From: an uncultured Chloroflexia bacterium
GTDB lineage: Bacteria; Chloroflexota; Limnocylindria; Limnocylindrales; CSP1-4
Assembly (NCBI GenBank): GCA_963712745.1
Contig: CAVQJC010000001.1
Location: 352,001 to 416,000 of the forward strand
Reading direction: 5' to 3'
Length of the DNA stretch: 64,000 bases
Shown here: piece by piece, positions 12,976-22,079 of the stretch
Layout of the letters: every line of letters begins with the position of its first letter
Position numbering within the stretch: position 1 is the first letter of the stretch
Translations under genes and position numbers: made by a program
The notes under the pieces: model-generated
Database searches by the model: none
What the model saw: the letters and a program-made list of their open reading frames with translations, nothing else
What the model was told of the DNA's origin: nothing

Positions 12976-13974
12976 TCAGTCGCGCGCGGTGGGGTTGACC
13001 GCATTCCGGGGGCGCCCACCATCGAGGACACGCAAGGCTTCATCGGCACTGAACAGGGCCAGTTCGCGCTTGGCCTCGAGCGAGTACCAGGCCACGTGGC
13101 CTGTCACGAAGACGTTGTCCCGCTGCAGGATGGGGCGACTCAGATCGGGGTCAGGTTCATCCTCGAGTACATCGAGGCCAGCCGCAGAGACGCGGCCATC
13201 CTCCAGCGCGGCCTCGAGAGCATCGATGTCGATGAGTCCACCACGGCTGGTGTTGACCACGACCAGGCCGGGCTTCGCAAGGTCGAGGCGTCGCGTGTCG
13301 ACGAGGTGGTACGTCTCCGGCACGAGCGGGCAATGCAGCGTGATCGCGTCGGCTGTCGCGAACAACTCCTCGAGCCCGAGCGGCTCTGCACCCCTCTCCT
13401 GGATGACTTCGGCCGACAGCCCAGCGTCATGGCCGACGACGCGCCAGCCGAATGCGGCCGCTCGCCTTGCCACCGATGCTCCGATGCGCCCCAGGCCGAT
13501 CACTCCGAGGACTCGCTCGGATGCTCGATGCACCGGCGGCAGCGCCTCATAGCGCAACCAGCCGCGGCCCTCTCGCCAGAGACCCAGCGAGGCATCCAGG
13601 CGCCGGGTCGTCGCGAGCAGCAGCAACATGGTGTGATCGGCCACCTCATCGGCGCAGTAGTCGGGTACGTTGGCGACCCAGATGCCGCGCTGCGTGGCCG
13701 CGTCGACATCGATGAGGTCATAGCCGATGCCGACCCGCACGATGAGACGCGCTTGCAGCAACTCCCGCATCTCCGCCTCTCCCAGGGCCCTGGCACCGTC
13801 GAGGATGACGCTGGAAGTGGCTGCGGCCTTCACGGCCTCGGCGGTCGAGGCGCCATCGGGCACGACGTTCACCTCTACGCCGGCCTCACGCAATCGTTCG
13901 ATGCCGGGCGCCAGTAGTTCGCGAGAGTCGACGACAGCGACCCTGCGTTCCATGGCATCGTCGGGCTGGTTCAT
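12976..13974 (-). CDS. D-isomer-specific 2-hydroxyacid dehydrogenase (CtBP-like)
   Basis: GIGYDLID, NVPDYCADEVADH, GLGRIG, LHCPL, NTSRGGLID, GLDVLEDEP, GHVAWYS. Confidence 0.9.
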   Translation of the reverse strand: MNQPDDAMERRVAVVDSRELLAPGIERLREAGVEVNVVPDGASTAEAVKAAATSSVILDGARALGEAEMRELLQARLIVRVGIGYDLIDVDAATQRGIWVANVPDYCADEVADHTMLLLLATTRRLDASLGLWREGRGWLRYEALPPVHRASERVLGVIGLGRIGASVARRAAAFGWRVVGHDAGLSAEVIQERGAEPLGLEELFATADAITLHCPLVPETYHLVDTRRLDLAKPGLVVVNTSRGGLIDIDALEAALEDGRVSAAGLDVLEDEPDPDLSRPILQRDNVFVTGHVAWYSLEAKRELALFSADEALRVLDGGRPRNAVNPTARD

Positions 13975-14157
13975 GATGGGTCTCCTGCGTGCGGCGCGGA
14001 AGCAAGCTTATCCTTCGATCCGAGGAGACATCCGCCTGGCGTCATACGGTCATCGCCCAGACTGCATGAACGCCTGAATGGCCCGGGCTGGCAGCCGTGC
14101 CACGGCGAGACGTTCCCTAGACAACGCGCGGCCGATGAGTCACGCCTGCACCCTACA

Positions 14158-14172
14158 GTCAGCACTGCTGAC
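14158..14172. promoter_or_regulatory. Perfect 7-1-7 palindrome GTCAGCA-C-TGCTGAC overlapping a putative -10 (TACAGT, 14154-14159)
   Basis: Read directly from the sequence between the divergent dehydrogenase and VOC genes. Confidence 0.5.
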
Positions 14173-14208
14173 GTGACACATGAATGAACGCAATTGATGG
14201 AGTTGCCG

Positions 14209-14643
14209 ATGCCAGTGATCACTGACGTGTGCCTCGTGACGCGGGACCTTGACGCAGCCGTAGCGTTCTACTCCCAAAGACTCGGTTTTGAGCTGGCCTC
14301 CCGGATGCCCGGGTTCGCCGATTTCAGCAGCGAGGGTGTCACGCTTGCCCTCTGGGACGCCCAGGCCATCCGCGAGGCCACTGGCGTACCGGCTCAGGTG
14401 ATCGAGCCAGACGGCCATGGGGTCATGATCGCCCGGGAGCTGGCGCTGCCGTCGGCCGTCGACGACAAGTACCACGAGCTGTCGTCCCGTGGCGTCGAGT
14501 TCTATGGCCCGCCCAGGGACTATCCGTGGAATGCGCGCGCCATCTACCTGGCGGGTGTGTGTGGGGAATTCTGGGAGTTCTACGCCTGGAACGAGGGGGG
14601 CAAGCATGGGCACCTTCTCGCGCGAGACCCTGCCGTCAGCTAG
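14209..14643 (+). CDS. VOC/glyoxalase family protein
   Basis: VCLVTRDLDAAVAFYSQRLGF and VDDKYHELSSRGVEFYGPPRDYPWNARAIY; RBS GGAG. Confidence 0.85.
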   Translation: MPVITDVCLVTRDLDAAVAFYSQRLGFELASRMPGFADFSSEGVTLALWDAQAIREATGVPAQVIEPDGHGVMIARELALPSAVDDKYHELSSRGVEFYGPPRDYPWNARAIYLAGVCGEFWEFYAWNEGGKHGHLLARDPAVS

Positions 14644-14691
14644 CCGAGCCGAGCGTATCGACGACCGAGCCAGAGAGGTACCCGTCCCGAT

Positions 14692-15057
14692 ATGGCCACC
14701 GATTCCTTCGAAGAAGCCCTGGACGCGGCCATCGAGGCATTGCCTGCACCATATCGCCAAGAGCTCGCAAGCGTCGCCATCGTCATCCAGGATGAGCCAG
14801 ACGCAGTGCAGCTCGCCAGCGTGCATGCGCGTGGCCTGTTCGGCCTGTACGAGGGCGTGCCGCGCACCGCGTATGGTGCCCGCGGCATGCCGGTGGCCAG
14901 CAAGATCACCCTCTTCCGCGGACCGCTCATGCGCGCGTATCGAGGGCACGACGCCCTCGTCGAGGGCGTGCGCGAGACGCTCGATCACGAGGTCGGACAC
15001 CATCTGGGCATCAGCGACGCTCGGCTACGTGAGCTGAAGGCCAAGCACGGCGCATGA
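14692..15057 (+). CDS. Zincin-like metallopeptidase (Zincin_1)
   Basis: GLFGLYEGVP, KITLFRGPL, HEVGHHLGISD (HExxH). Confidence 0.9.
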   Translation: MATDSFEEALDAAIEALPAPYRQELASVAIVIQDEPDAVQLASVHARGLFGLYEGVPRTAYGARGMPVASKITLFRGPLMRAYRGHDALVEGVRETLDHEVGHHLGISDARLRELKAKHGA

Positions 15058-15227
15058 ACCAGTCTGGCTGTTCCACGGACGTCGACATCGAGTCCGATGC
15101 TGGCGAGATCGCGGCGTACCCGAAGGCTGGAGGCTTCGCGTTCGGGCGCAGCACACCTGCGTGGTGCGCTCCTGGCCAAACGCCGACCCACGCAGTGTTG
15201 AGGCAGACCGACGCAAGAAGGTTGGGA

Positions 15228-16605
15228 TTAATCGAGGCTCTTGAGGTACGTGATCAACTCATCGAGCTGCTGGGGCGTCAACATGTCGAACGGTGGCATC
15301 TCTTCGTCTCTCGGGGTTCTGGATGTATTCCCGGAGGTGTGATTCGCTCCAGCGGGCTCCGGCGCGGGACAGGTCCGGACCCTTGGTGCCACCCAGGCCG
15401 TCGATGGTGTGGCAGGCGGCGCAACTGTTCTGGTTGAGGACTGCGAGGCCCGCCAGGTCGGTGACTGTCATGCCCTCCCTTGGTGGGATGGTAGGCACAC
15501 TTGCTCCCGCGCTAGCTCCCAGGTAGGTCAGCCACCCCACACCGCCGACCACGAGCGACCACCAGGACCATCGCGATAGGTCGCTGCCTGGGATGCCTGG
15601 CGCGCCCTCGGTCGATGAACGGCACGGCCAGGAATATCAGCGCGCCGGCGGTGAAGATGCCGAAGATCAGTAGCGGTTCAGTCGGCCCGGTGATGTACCA
15701 GAGCAACTGGAACATGTCGAGGAAGTACCACTCGGGTCGGGGCACGTAGCTGATGGTGTTGGGGTCTGCTGGCTCCTCGAGCGGGAGCGCCGAGGACCAT
15801 GGCCGCGACGACCACGGCGCCCACGATCACGAGCGCGACGATGGCGTCCTTGAGTAGCGCCTTCCAGAACGGTTTGCCGGCCTCCTTCTCGGCGGCGTAC
15901 TCACGCCGGTACGCATCCCGGCGAGACTCACCGGGTTCGGGCGCCACGAGGGGCGTGCGGCGCGGCGTTGCCGCGATGCCCTGGCGCACGACCATGAAGA
16001 GGTGCAGGCCCACGAGCAGGAGCAGGGACGCCGGCAGTACCCAGACGTGGATGCCGTAGAACCGGGTCAGGCCCACGGCTCCCGAGCGCCTCGCCGCCAC
16101 GCAGGAACTCGATGACGGATCCGCCGATGAAGGGCGCCGATCCGGCGATGTTGGTGCCCACCACGGTGGCCCAGTAGGCCTTCTGGTCCCAGGGCAGCAG
16201 GTAGCCGGTGAAGGCGAAGCCCATGATCACGAACAGCAGGCTCGCGCCGACGACCCAGCTCAGCTCACGCGGATACTTGTGGGCGCCCCAGATGAAGACG
16301 CGCAGGGCATGCAGTCCGACCAGCACTACGAGCAAGCCGGCCGAGGCTCGATGCATCGAGCGCACCAGCTCGCCAAAGGGCGTCTGGTCGATGTAGAGGA
16401 CGCTGGCATAGGCGTGGTCGGGCGACGGCACATACGACATCGACAACGTGATGCCAGTGACGATCTGGACGACCAGAAGAACGAGGGTCGCGCTGCCCAG
16501 CGTGTGGAACCAGTTGATGTTGCCCGGGACGTGGCGGTCGAGGAAGGCACTGAGCAGCTCGTCGGTGCCAAGCCGTTCGTCGAGCCAACGCGCCACACGC
16601 GTCAT
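15228..16605 (-). CDS. Cytochrome b (unsplit, PEWY motif) fused to a C-terminal monoheme cytochrome c; about four frameshifts
   Basis: RSMH...GLH and GIH...GLH heme-b His pairs, FTGYLLPWDQKAYWA, VPRPEWYF, then CAACH...GPDLS...EMPPF ending in TAA at 15228. Confidence 0.85.
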
Positions 16606-17261
16606 CCTTCTGGTTCCGACGGTCAGCAGTGCGCGGAGTTGGACTCTCGCCGTTCTCGACGCGCGTCTCGTAGACGTCCATGCGGCGCGGGGGCGGACCA
16701 GCGGTCGGGTAGCCCTCCGGATCGAAGGCACCACCGTGGCAGGGGCAAAGGTACGAACCGGAGCCCACCGCGTAGCGGACCGGGCAACCGAGGTGCGTGC
16801 AGTGCGGGTCGAGGACGGTGGCGTTGCTATTCGCCCTCCCGCAACACGAAGACGCCGACAGGCTCGACTCGCTCTACCCATCCGTCCTGGATCGAGACGA
16901 TCGACGGTGATGTACTGCGGGATGCCCAGTTCGTAATCGTCGAGAGGACCAGCGGACGACCACTCGTCCGAGCGGAGCGCCGGCGATACGGTCTCGGAGA
17001 GGAGTCGCCTGGGCAGCGTGCGAGAGCCAGCCCGGGAGCGGTCATGAAGGCGAGTGCCGGGATCGCCACGATCGCAGCCGCGATGCACTGAGGACCGCCA
17101 TGAGCGCGAGAACGAAGCCACGTCGCGACAATCGCGGCACGGGTCCCGTCGTGGCCGGCTCCGGTGGTGGGGCCGGTTGCGTCTTCGAGACGGTGCCTTG
17201 ACCTTGTCGGGCGAGACCGACCGGAACTTCCGGTCTTGTCCGTGATCGGATCGACGTCCAC
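16602..17261 (-). CDS. Rieske [2Fe-2S] subunit with Tat signal; frameshifted, start approximate
   Basis: CTHLGC and CPCHGG boxes near 16810-16735; LSRRGFVLAL twin-arginine motif near 17130; GPPPR. Confidence 0.85.
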
Positions 17262-17299
17262 AGCTGCGCGCCCGCCCTTTCCAGCGATGTCGAGAATAG

Positions 17300-17344
17300 G
17301 CCAGTCGCGCCGGGCCCAGGAGGGGCAGATGCGGCGCGACTGGC
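17300..17344. terminator. 13-bp GC-rich hairpin between the heme-protein gene and the Rieske gene (attenuator or mRNA stabiliser)
   Basis: GCCAGTCGCGCCG-19 nt-CGGCGCGACTGGC perfect inverted repeat; no strong U tract. Confidence 0.55.
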
Positions 17345-17353
17345 GAGAGACGG

Positions 17354-18220
17354 CTAGTTCAGGGTGACCTCGATCCAACCACTCTCGGCGTTGGTGAGGT
17401 GTCCGGGGTCAGACCAGCCCTCTGCGTGCTCACGTGGATCCCACCAGGCGAGCACGAGGGAGGCGATTCCGCCAGCCTCGAACTGGGCATCCTGCGGGTC
17501 GCCGGTGTTCAGTGGCCGCGACATCTCGAACGTCCAGGTGCCATCGCCGCCGATCTCGGCAGCGCTGTGGCTCCAGGCGCCGGCGAGGCTGTTCTCGGCG
17601 GCGTCGTTGGCGATGTCGCCACCACCGTCATCCTCACGCATCGTCGGCGTCGTGGCGTACTCGTCGTCGAAGTTGCAGGCTTCGTCATTGCCGCCCGCGA
17701 CACCCTGGCCGCCGGTCAGAACGCCGGGTCCACACTCGAGCTCCCAGTGCCAGATATCGACCATGCCGGTGCTGGTGAGCAGGTCTTCTTCTTCAGCGCC
17801 CATGTGGACCGCCGTGGCGGGATCGATCCACGATTCGACGGCGAGCGCCGGCGATAGGTGGGCATCATCGGCCACGTAGTCGTATGGGGTCGGCACTTCG
17901 ACCAGCACATAGACGTTGTCGGCATCATTGGCGACAGCGATCTGCACATCGATGGGGTCGACTGGGCCGACCTCGGCAGCTTCGTCAGCTTCGAGGATGG
18001 AGGTGTCGTACTGTTCCAGCGTCACCGTCGTGCGCGCTACGTCGGCCCAGTCCGATGCGTCGCCGTCCACGGTGATGGGTACAGCAGCAGCGGTGATGGC
18101 GAATCCGGCCCCACCCTCCGCGTTGTCTTCGTCAGTCTGCGCCGCGACGCCCGCGGTAGAGATGGCTAGTAGCCCCGCCGCCGCCATGGCAGACAGGAAT
18201 GTGGACCTGGATCGTCGCAT
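17354..18220 (-). CDS. Secreted acidic DOMON-like / ethylbenzene dehydrogenase (EB_dh) heme-binding protein
   Basis: Signal peptide ending VAAQ; PITVDGDASDW, VHMG, VDIWHW, GTWTFEMSRPLNTGDPQDAQF, AWWD...GH; RBS GAGG. Confidence 0.75.
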   Translation of the reverse strand: MRRSRSTFLSAMAAAGLLAISTAGVAAQTDEDNAEGGAGFAITAAAVPITVDGDASDWADVARTTVTLEQYDTSILEADEAAEVGPVDPIDVQIAVANDADNVYVLVEVPTPYDYVADDAHLSPALAVESWIDPATAVHMGAEEEDLLTSTGMVDIWHWELECGPGVLTGGQGVAGGNDEACNFDDEYATTPTMREDDGGGDIANDAAENSLAGAWSHSAAEIGGDGTWTFEMSRPLNTGDPQDAQFEAGGIASLVLAWWDPREHAEGWSDPGHLTNAESGWIEVTLN

Positions 18221-18294
18221 CGGTATCACCTCTCGTGATGAGCATCTCGGGATCCACGTGTCCGAGACCCGTGGTCACCCCGTGGCCACCAAAA

Positions 18295-18346
18295 TGCTAG
18301 GACGGGAGGTGTCGCGAAGGCGTCAGCGGCGTGTCTCGATCGTGTC
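18295..18346 (-). promoter_or_regulatory. Promoter of the heme protein-Rieske-cytochrome operon: four GACAC/GACGC repeats at 11-bp pitch plus -10 TAGCAT
   Basis: Plus-strand GTGTC/GCGTC at 18309, 18320, 18331 and 18342; ATGCTA at 18295-18300. Confidence 0.7.
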
Positions 18347-18404
18347 AAAAAGACCGAGCAGTGCATAGCCGCGCGTTCTTGCCTGTGCTACACCTGTTTT
18401 GACC

Positions 18405-19548
18405 ATGGCGATGTTGCGAACGTCCCTCAGCACCGGTTCCGGGCTGCGCTTGTTGCGGCTCGTGCGCTGGCTGCTGCCCCTTGTCCTTGCCTTGGTGGCC
18501 GTCGTCTTCGAGTTTGGCGAGCATTTCCAGGAGGGTGCGGACGAGCTCGCACCTAGCGGCATGGCCGAGATCGTGGTCTTCGCAGTGGTCGGACCAGTGG
18601 CTGTCTTCATCACGCTGGTCTGGGTCGAGCGCCTGGTCACCGCGTATCAGGAGACCTCGGCTGAGCTGGCCGGCCGTGAACCAGGATCTGGAGGCTCGCA
18701 TCGAGGAACGCACGGCCCATCTTGCGGTGACAGGGACCCAGCTGCGCGAAGCCAATGCGGAGCTGGCTCGCGCAAACGAGGAGCTGCGGCAGCTGGATCG
18801 ACTCAAGTCGGAGTTCGTTTCACTTGTCTCACACCAGCTGCGGGCGCCCCTCACCAACATCAATGGCGCTCTGGAGATCGTGGCCCAGGATGCCGACGAC
18901 CTCCCAGCACGACACGCAACGCACGCTGCGCATCCTGGTCAGTGAAGGGAAGCATCTGTCGTGGCTGATCCAGACCATCCTCGACGTGTCCAGGATCGAG
19001 GCCGGACGTCTGCAGCCACGTCTCGGGCCGGTCGCGCTGGGACCGTTGCTGGCTGAAGCCTGTGCTGCGACACTCGCTGGCGAGCCCGAGGCCGGCCGCA
19101 TCGGCTCATGGTCCCGGAAGGCCTGCCGCCTGCGATGGGCTGACGAGACGCTGCTTGGCGAGGTCGTACGGAATCTCATCGAGAACGCCATGCGCTATTC
19201 ACAGACTGGCACGCCGGTCGAGGTGGCCGCGAGGTACGACGGGGACGGGCTCGTGATCTCGGTGACCGATCACGGGTATGGCGTGCCATCGGAGGAACAG
19301 GAGCGCATCTTTCGCGTCCTTCCATCGTGTCTCCGATGGCGACAGACGACGTCAAGGGTTCCGGATTAGGCCTCTATTTCGCCGAACGACTGATGCGCGC
19401 GATGGGCGGCTCGGTCGAGGTGAAGAGCCCCGTCTGGCCAGAACCGCACGCGCCCGGAGCTCGCTTCAGCGTTCGACTGCCGATGGCCGACGATGTGCCC
19501 GACGAGGAACAGGATCACCTCGATGAGCCTGGGCTGGTGGCCGGCTGA
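18405..19548 (+). CDS. Sensor histidine kinase (2 TM, short loop); frameshifted
   Basis: H-box VSHQLRAPLTNI, N-box NLIENAMRYS, G1 DHGYGV, G2 GSGLGL. Confidence 0.9.
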
Positions 19549-20245
19549 TGTCACGCATCCTCGTCATCGACGACGATCGATCCCTGCTCGAACTTCTGTT
19601 CAGACTACCTGCGGCGCCAGGGCTTCGACGTCTCGACCGCATCGTCGGGTCAGGCTGGGCTTGGCGGCGTTCTCGGAGCAGGGCTCCGACCTGGTGCTCC
19701 TGGACGTGACCATGCACGGACTCGACGGCTGGCAGGTGCTGGCGCGGTTGCGGGAGCGATCAGCCGTGCCCATCATCATGCTGACGGCCCGGAGCGAGGA
19801 ATCCGAGGTACTGCGCGGTTTCTCGGGCGGAGCCGACGACTACGTCAGCAAGCCCTTCAGCTTTGCGCAGCTCGTGGCGCGCATCGGGGCCGTGCTCGAG
19901 CGGGCCAACCGGTCTCACGGCACGGCCATCGGGGTCTTGCGGGGCGGAGACCTGGAGGTCGACGTGGACCGCCATCGGGTCTACCGCTCTGGCGAGACCA
20001 TCGACCTTACGGCGACCGAGTTCAGGATCCTGACGGCGTTGCTGCGCGAACAGGGCCGGGTGCTGTCGTTGCGCGAGCTGGTGACCGAGGTCTGGGGTGC
20101 CGACTACGCCGAGGAGACCGGCTATGTACGTCGCTATATCTGGCACTTGCGACACAAGATCGAGCCCGACCCAGGTCGACCTCGCTACATCCTCAACGAA
20201 CGCAGCATCGGCTACGTCTTCCCGGCGGATGCGGACTTGGCGTGA
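19548..20245 (+). CDS. OmpR/PhoB family response regulator; frameshifted N-terminus
   Basis: RILVIDDD, LVLLDVTM, PIIMLTAR, GADDYVSKPF, LTATEFRIL, LRHKIEPDP; TGATG coupling to the kinase. Confidence 0.92.
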
Positions 20246-20346
20246 CTACGATCGCGACATCAGCGTGAAGCGTCGATGCTGAGATACGGACAGCGTGAGG
20301 ATGCCTGCTCGGGTCACCAAGGGAGGGCGTTTCGTGCACGATGACG

Positions 20347-20363
20347 TGGCGCGCCCGGTGAGA
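20347..20363 (-). repeat. Direct repeat of the tRNA-Arg 3' end (putative att site)
   Basis: TGGCGCGCCCGGTGAGA matches 23580-23596 TGGCGCGCCCGGCGAGA at 16 of 17 positions, including the CCA end. Confidence 0.7.
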
Positions 20364-20702
20364 GCAAGGCGTGGGGTAGTCAAACCGTTTCCGGACGGTT
20401 CCGTTAGCCGGGAGTCGCTGCGGAGGCAAGATGCAGTTCACCTAGATGATCGCGACCACAACGATAAGTTCCAAACTCGCTCGGGATGGTGGACCATGCC
20501 GCAACGAGACTCGCTCATGGCGCCAGGAGAGAGACGCGCGGCTGTCTCGTTGGATGCAGTCCGTGCGGCACGGCTGCACAATTGACCCACCAGAGCAAGC
20601 GAACGAGTCTGCCGGTGGGCGACACTGGCGGCGGGGAGTTGGCGTGAGCAGTTGGAGGCCGGCGTGCAGGACTCGCGGCGACGTCAACGATAGGGGGCGC
20701 TG

Positions 20703-21869
20703 TTGAAAACAGAAGTGCGGGTCTATCGAGGACATCACGGCCTGACGGAACTCCGCGACCCTTGGCGCGGCCTCGTGGATGTGATGACCGACCGCAGCTT
20801 CGTCCACGCCTATGAGTGGCACCGCAGCTTCCTCGAGACCCAGGAGCCCGATCCGGAAGCGACGCTCTTCGTTACCGTTTCGATCGATGGTTCGCTGGAA
20901 GCCATCCTCCCTTTGCGGCCGGTGCGGCTCCTGGGCAGCCTCGGTCGACGCGGCCTCGAGGTGCCTCTGAACCCCCACGTGCCATTCACTGACATCGTGG
21001 TCAAAGACCCCGAACGACTGCGCGCTGTCATGCCAAGCGTGCTGAGCTCGCTCGCGAGGGAGCTCGGGTTCCAATGGGACTACATCGCGCTCCGACGCAC
21101 GCTCGGCGACTCTGGAGCGGCGCGCTGCCTTCGCGACGTGCCTGGCTTTCCCGGCCTGGTGAGTGAGTGCGGTCAGGTCCACGTGATCTCGCTCGAGTCG
21201 TACGAGGCGCTCTTCAGCGCCCTCTCGAGTCGCTTTCGCAACAATCTGCGACGCGCTGCCAAGCGGGCGGAGACGCTAGGAGACATCACCTACCACACCG
21301 CGACAAGCCCCCAGCAATGTGACGCGCTCTTCGCCGAGTTCCTCCAGGTGGAGGCCTCTGGGTGGAAAGGCAAAGAAGGAACGGAGTCCGCGATCGCTCT
21401 ACACGCTGAACTGCGTCAATTCTACGCGGCGTTGGTGAGCCGCTTCGCCGTCCACGGGCAATGCCGCATCGACGTCGTGCGACATGCTGACCGACCCATC
21501 GCAGCAGCCTTCCACCTCGTGATGGACCAGACCCTCTATGGCTTGAAGATCGGCTATGACGAATCCTATGCGCAGATCGCGCCCGGCAACCTGCTCCACT
21601 GGTACATCTTCCGCAGCGCCTGCGAGGATCCCCGGCTAGCGACGTTCAATACGACCTCTGGCGCGGCGTGGCACTCGCAATGGCGTCCCCGCTCGGTCGA
21701 GCTCCTGGATATCGTCGTCGTCCGCCCCGGCCTCGCGGGCACTGTCGCGAATGCCGAGCAACGCGTCCTTGAGCATGCCGCCGACTACCGACGTCGGATC
21801 GCTCGACGCTGGTTCGTGAACGAGCGAGGGCGACGGCGGCCCACCTGGAAGCCACCACGACGCGCGTGA
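20703..21869 (+). CDS. GNAT family acyltransferase (CelD/BcsL, Acetyltransf_6 type)
   Basis: LSSRFRNNLRRAAKR, EASGWKGKEGT, LKIGYDESYAQIAPGNLL. Confidence 0.85.
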   Translation: MKTEVRVYRGHHGLTELRDPWRGLVDVMTDRSFVHAYEWHRSFLETQEPDPEATLFVTVSIDGSLEAILPLRPVRLLGSLGRRGLEVPLNPHVPFTDIVVKDPERLRAVMPSVLSSLARELGFQWDYIALRRTLGDSGAARCLRDVPGFPGLVSECGQVHVISLESYEALFSALSSRFRNNLRRAAKRAETLGDITYHTATSPQQCDALFAEFLQVEASGWKGKEGTESAIALHAELRQFYAALVSRFAVHGQCRIDVVRHADRPIAAAFHLVMDQTLYGLKIGYDESYAQIAPGNLLHWYIFRSACEDPRLATFNTTSGAAWHSQWRPRSVELLDIVVVRPGLAGTVANAEQRVLEHAADYRRRIARRWFVNERGRRRPTWKPPRRA

Positions 21870-22079
21870 GCCTGGCACCGTGCCCCGACGGCTCAGCGCT
21901 GCCAAGCGTGGCCAGGCACCCGATGACCCACCCCTCCTCCGAGTCGCGGGCAGCGCCAGATTGACGAGCCTACGTTCACTCACGGCGCACGCGCGGCCAG
22001 ACTGGGCGATAATCCTGTATCGGTCCTCTGACGATCAACGAACCGTTCCTGCCTTGCGGAGCGTTCGAATACGACCGGG

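Noticed and set aside
15928-17121. ORF apparently fusing the Rieske region to cytochrome b
   Set aside because: The Rieske motifs are in other frames and an ATGA overlap sits at 16602-16605; two coupled genes are more parsimonious.
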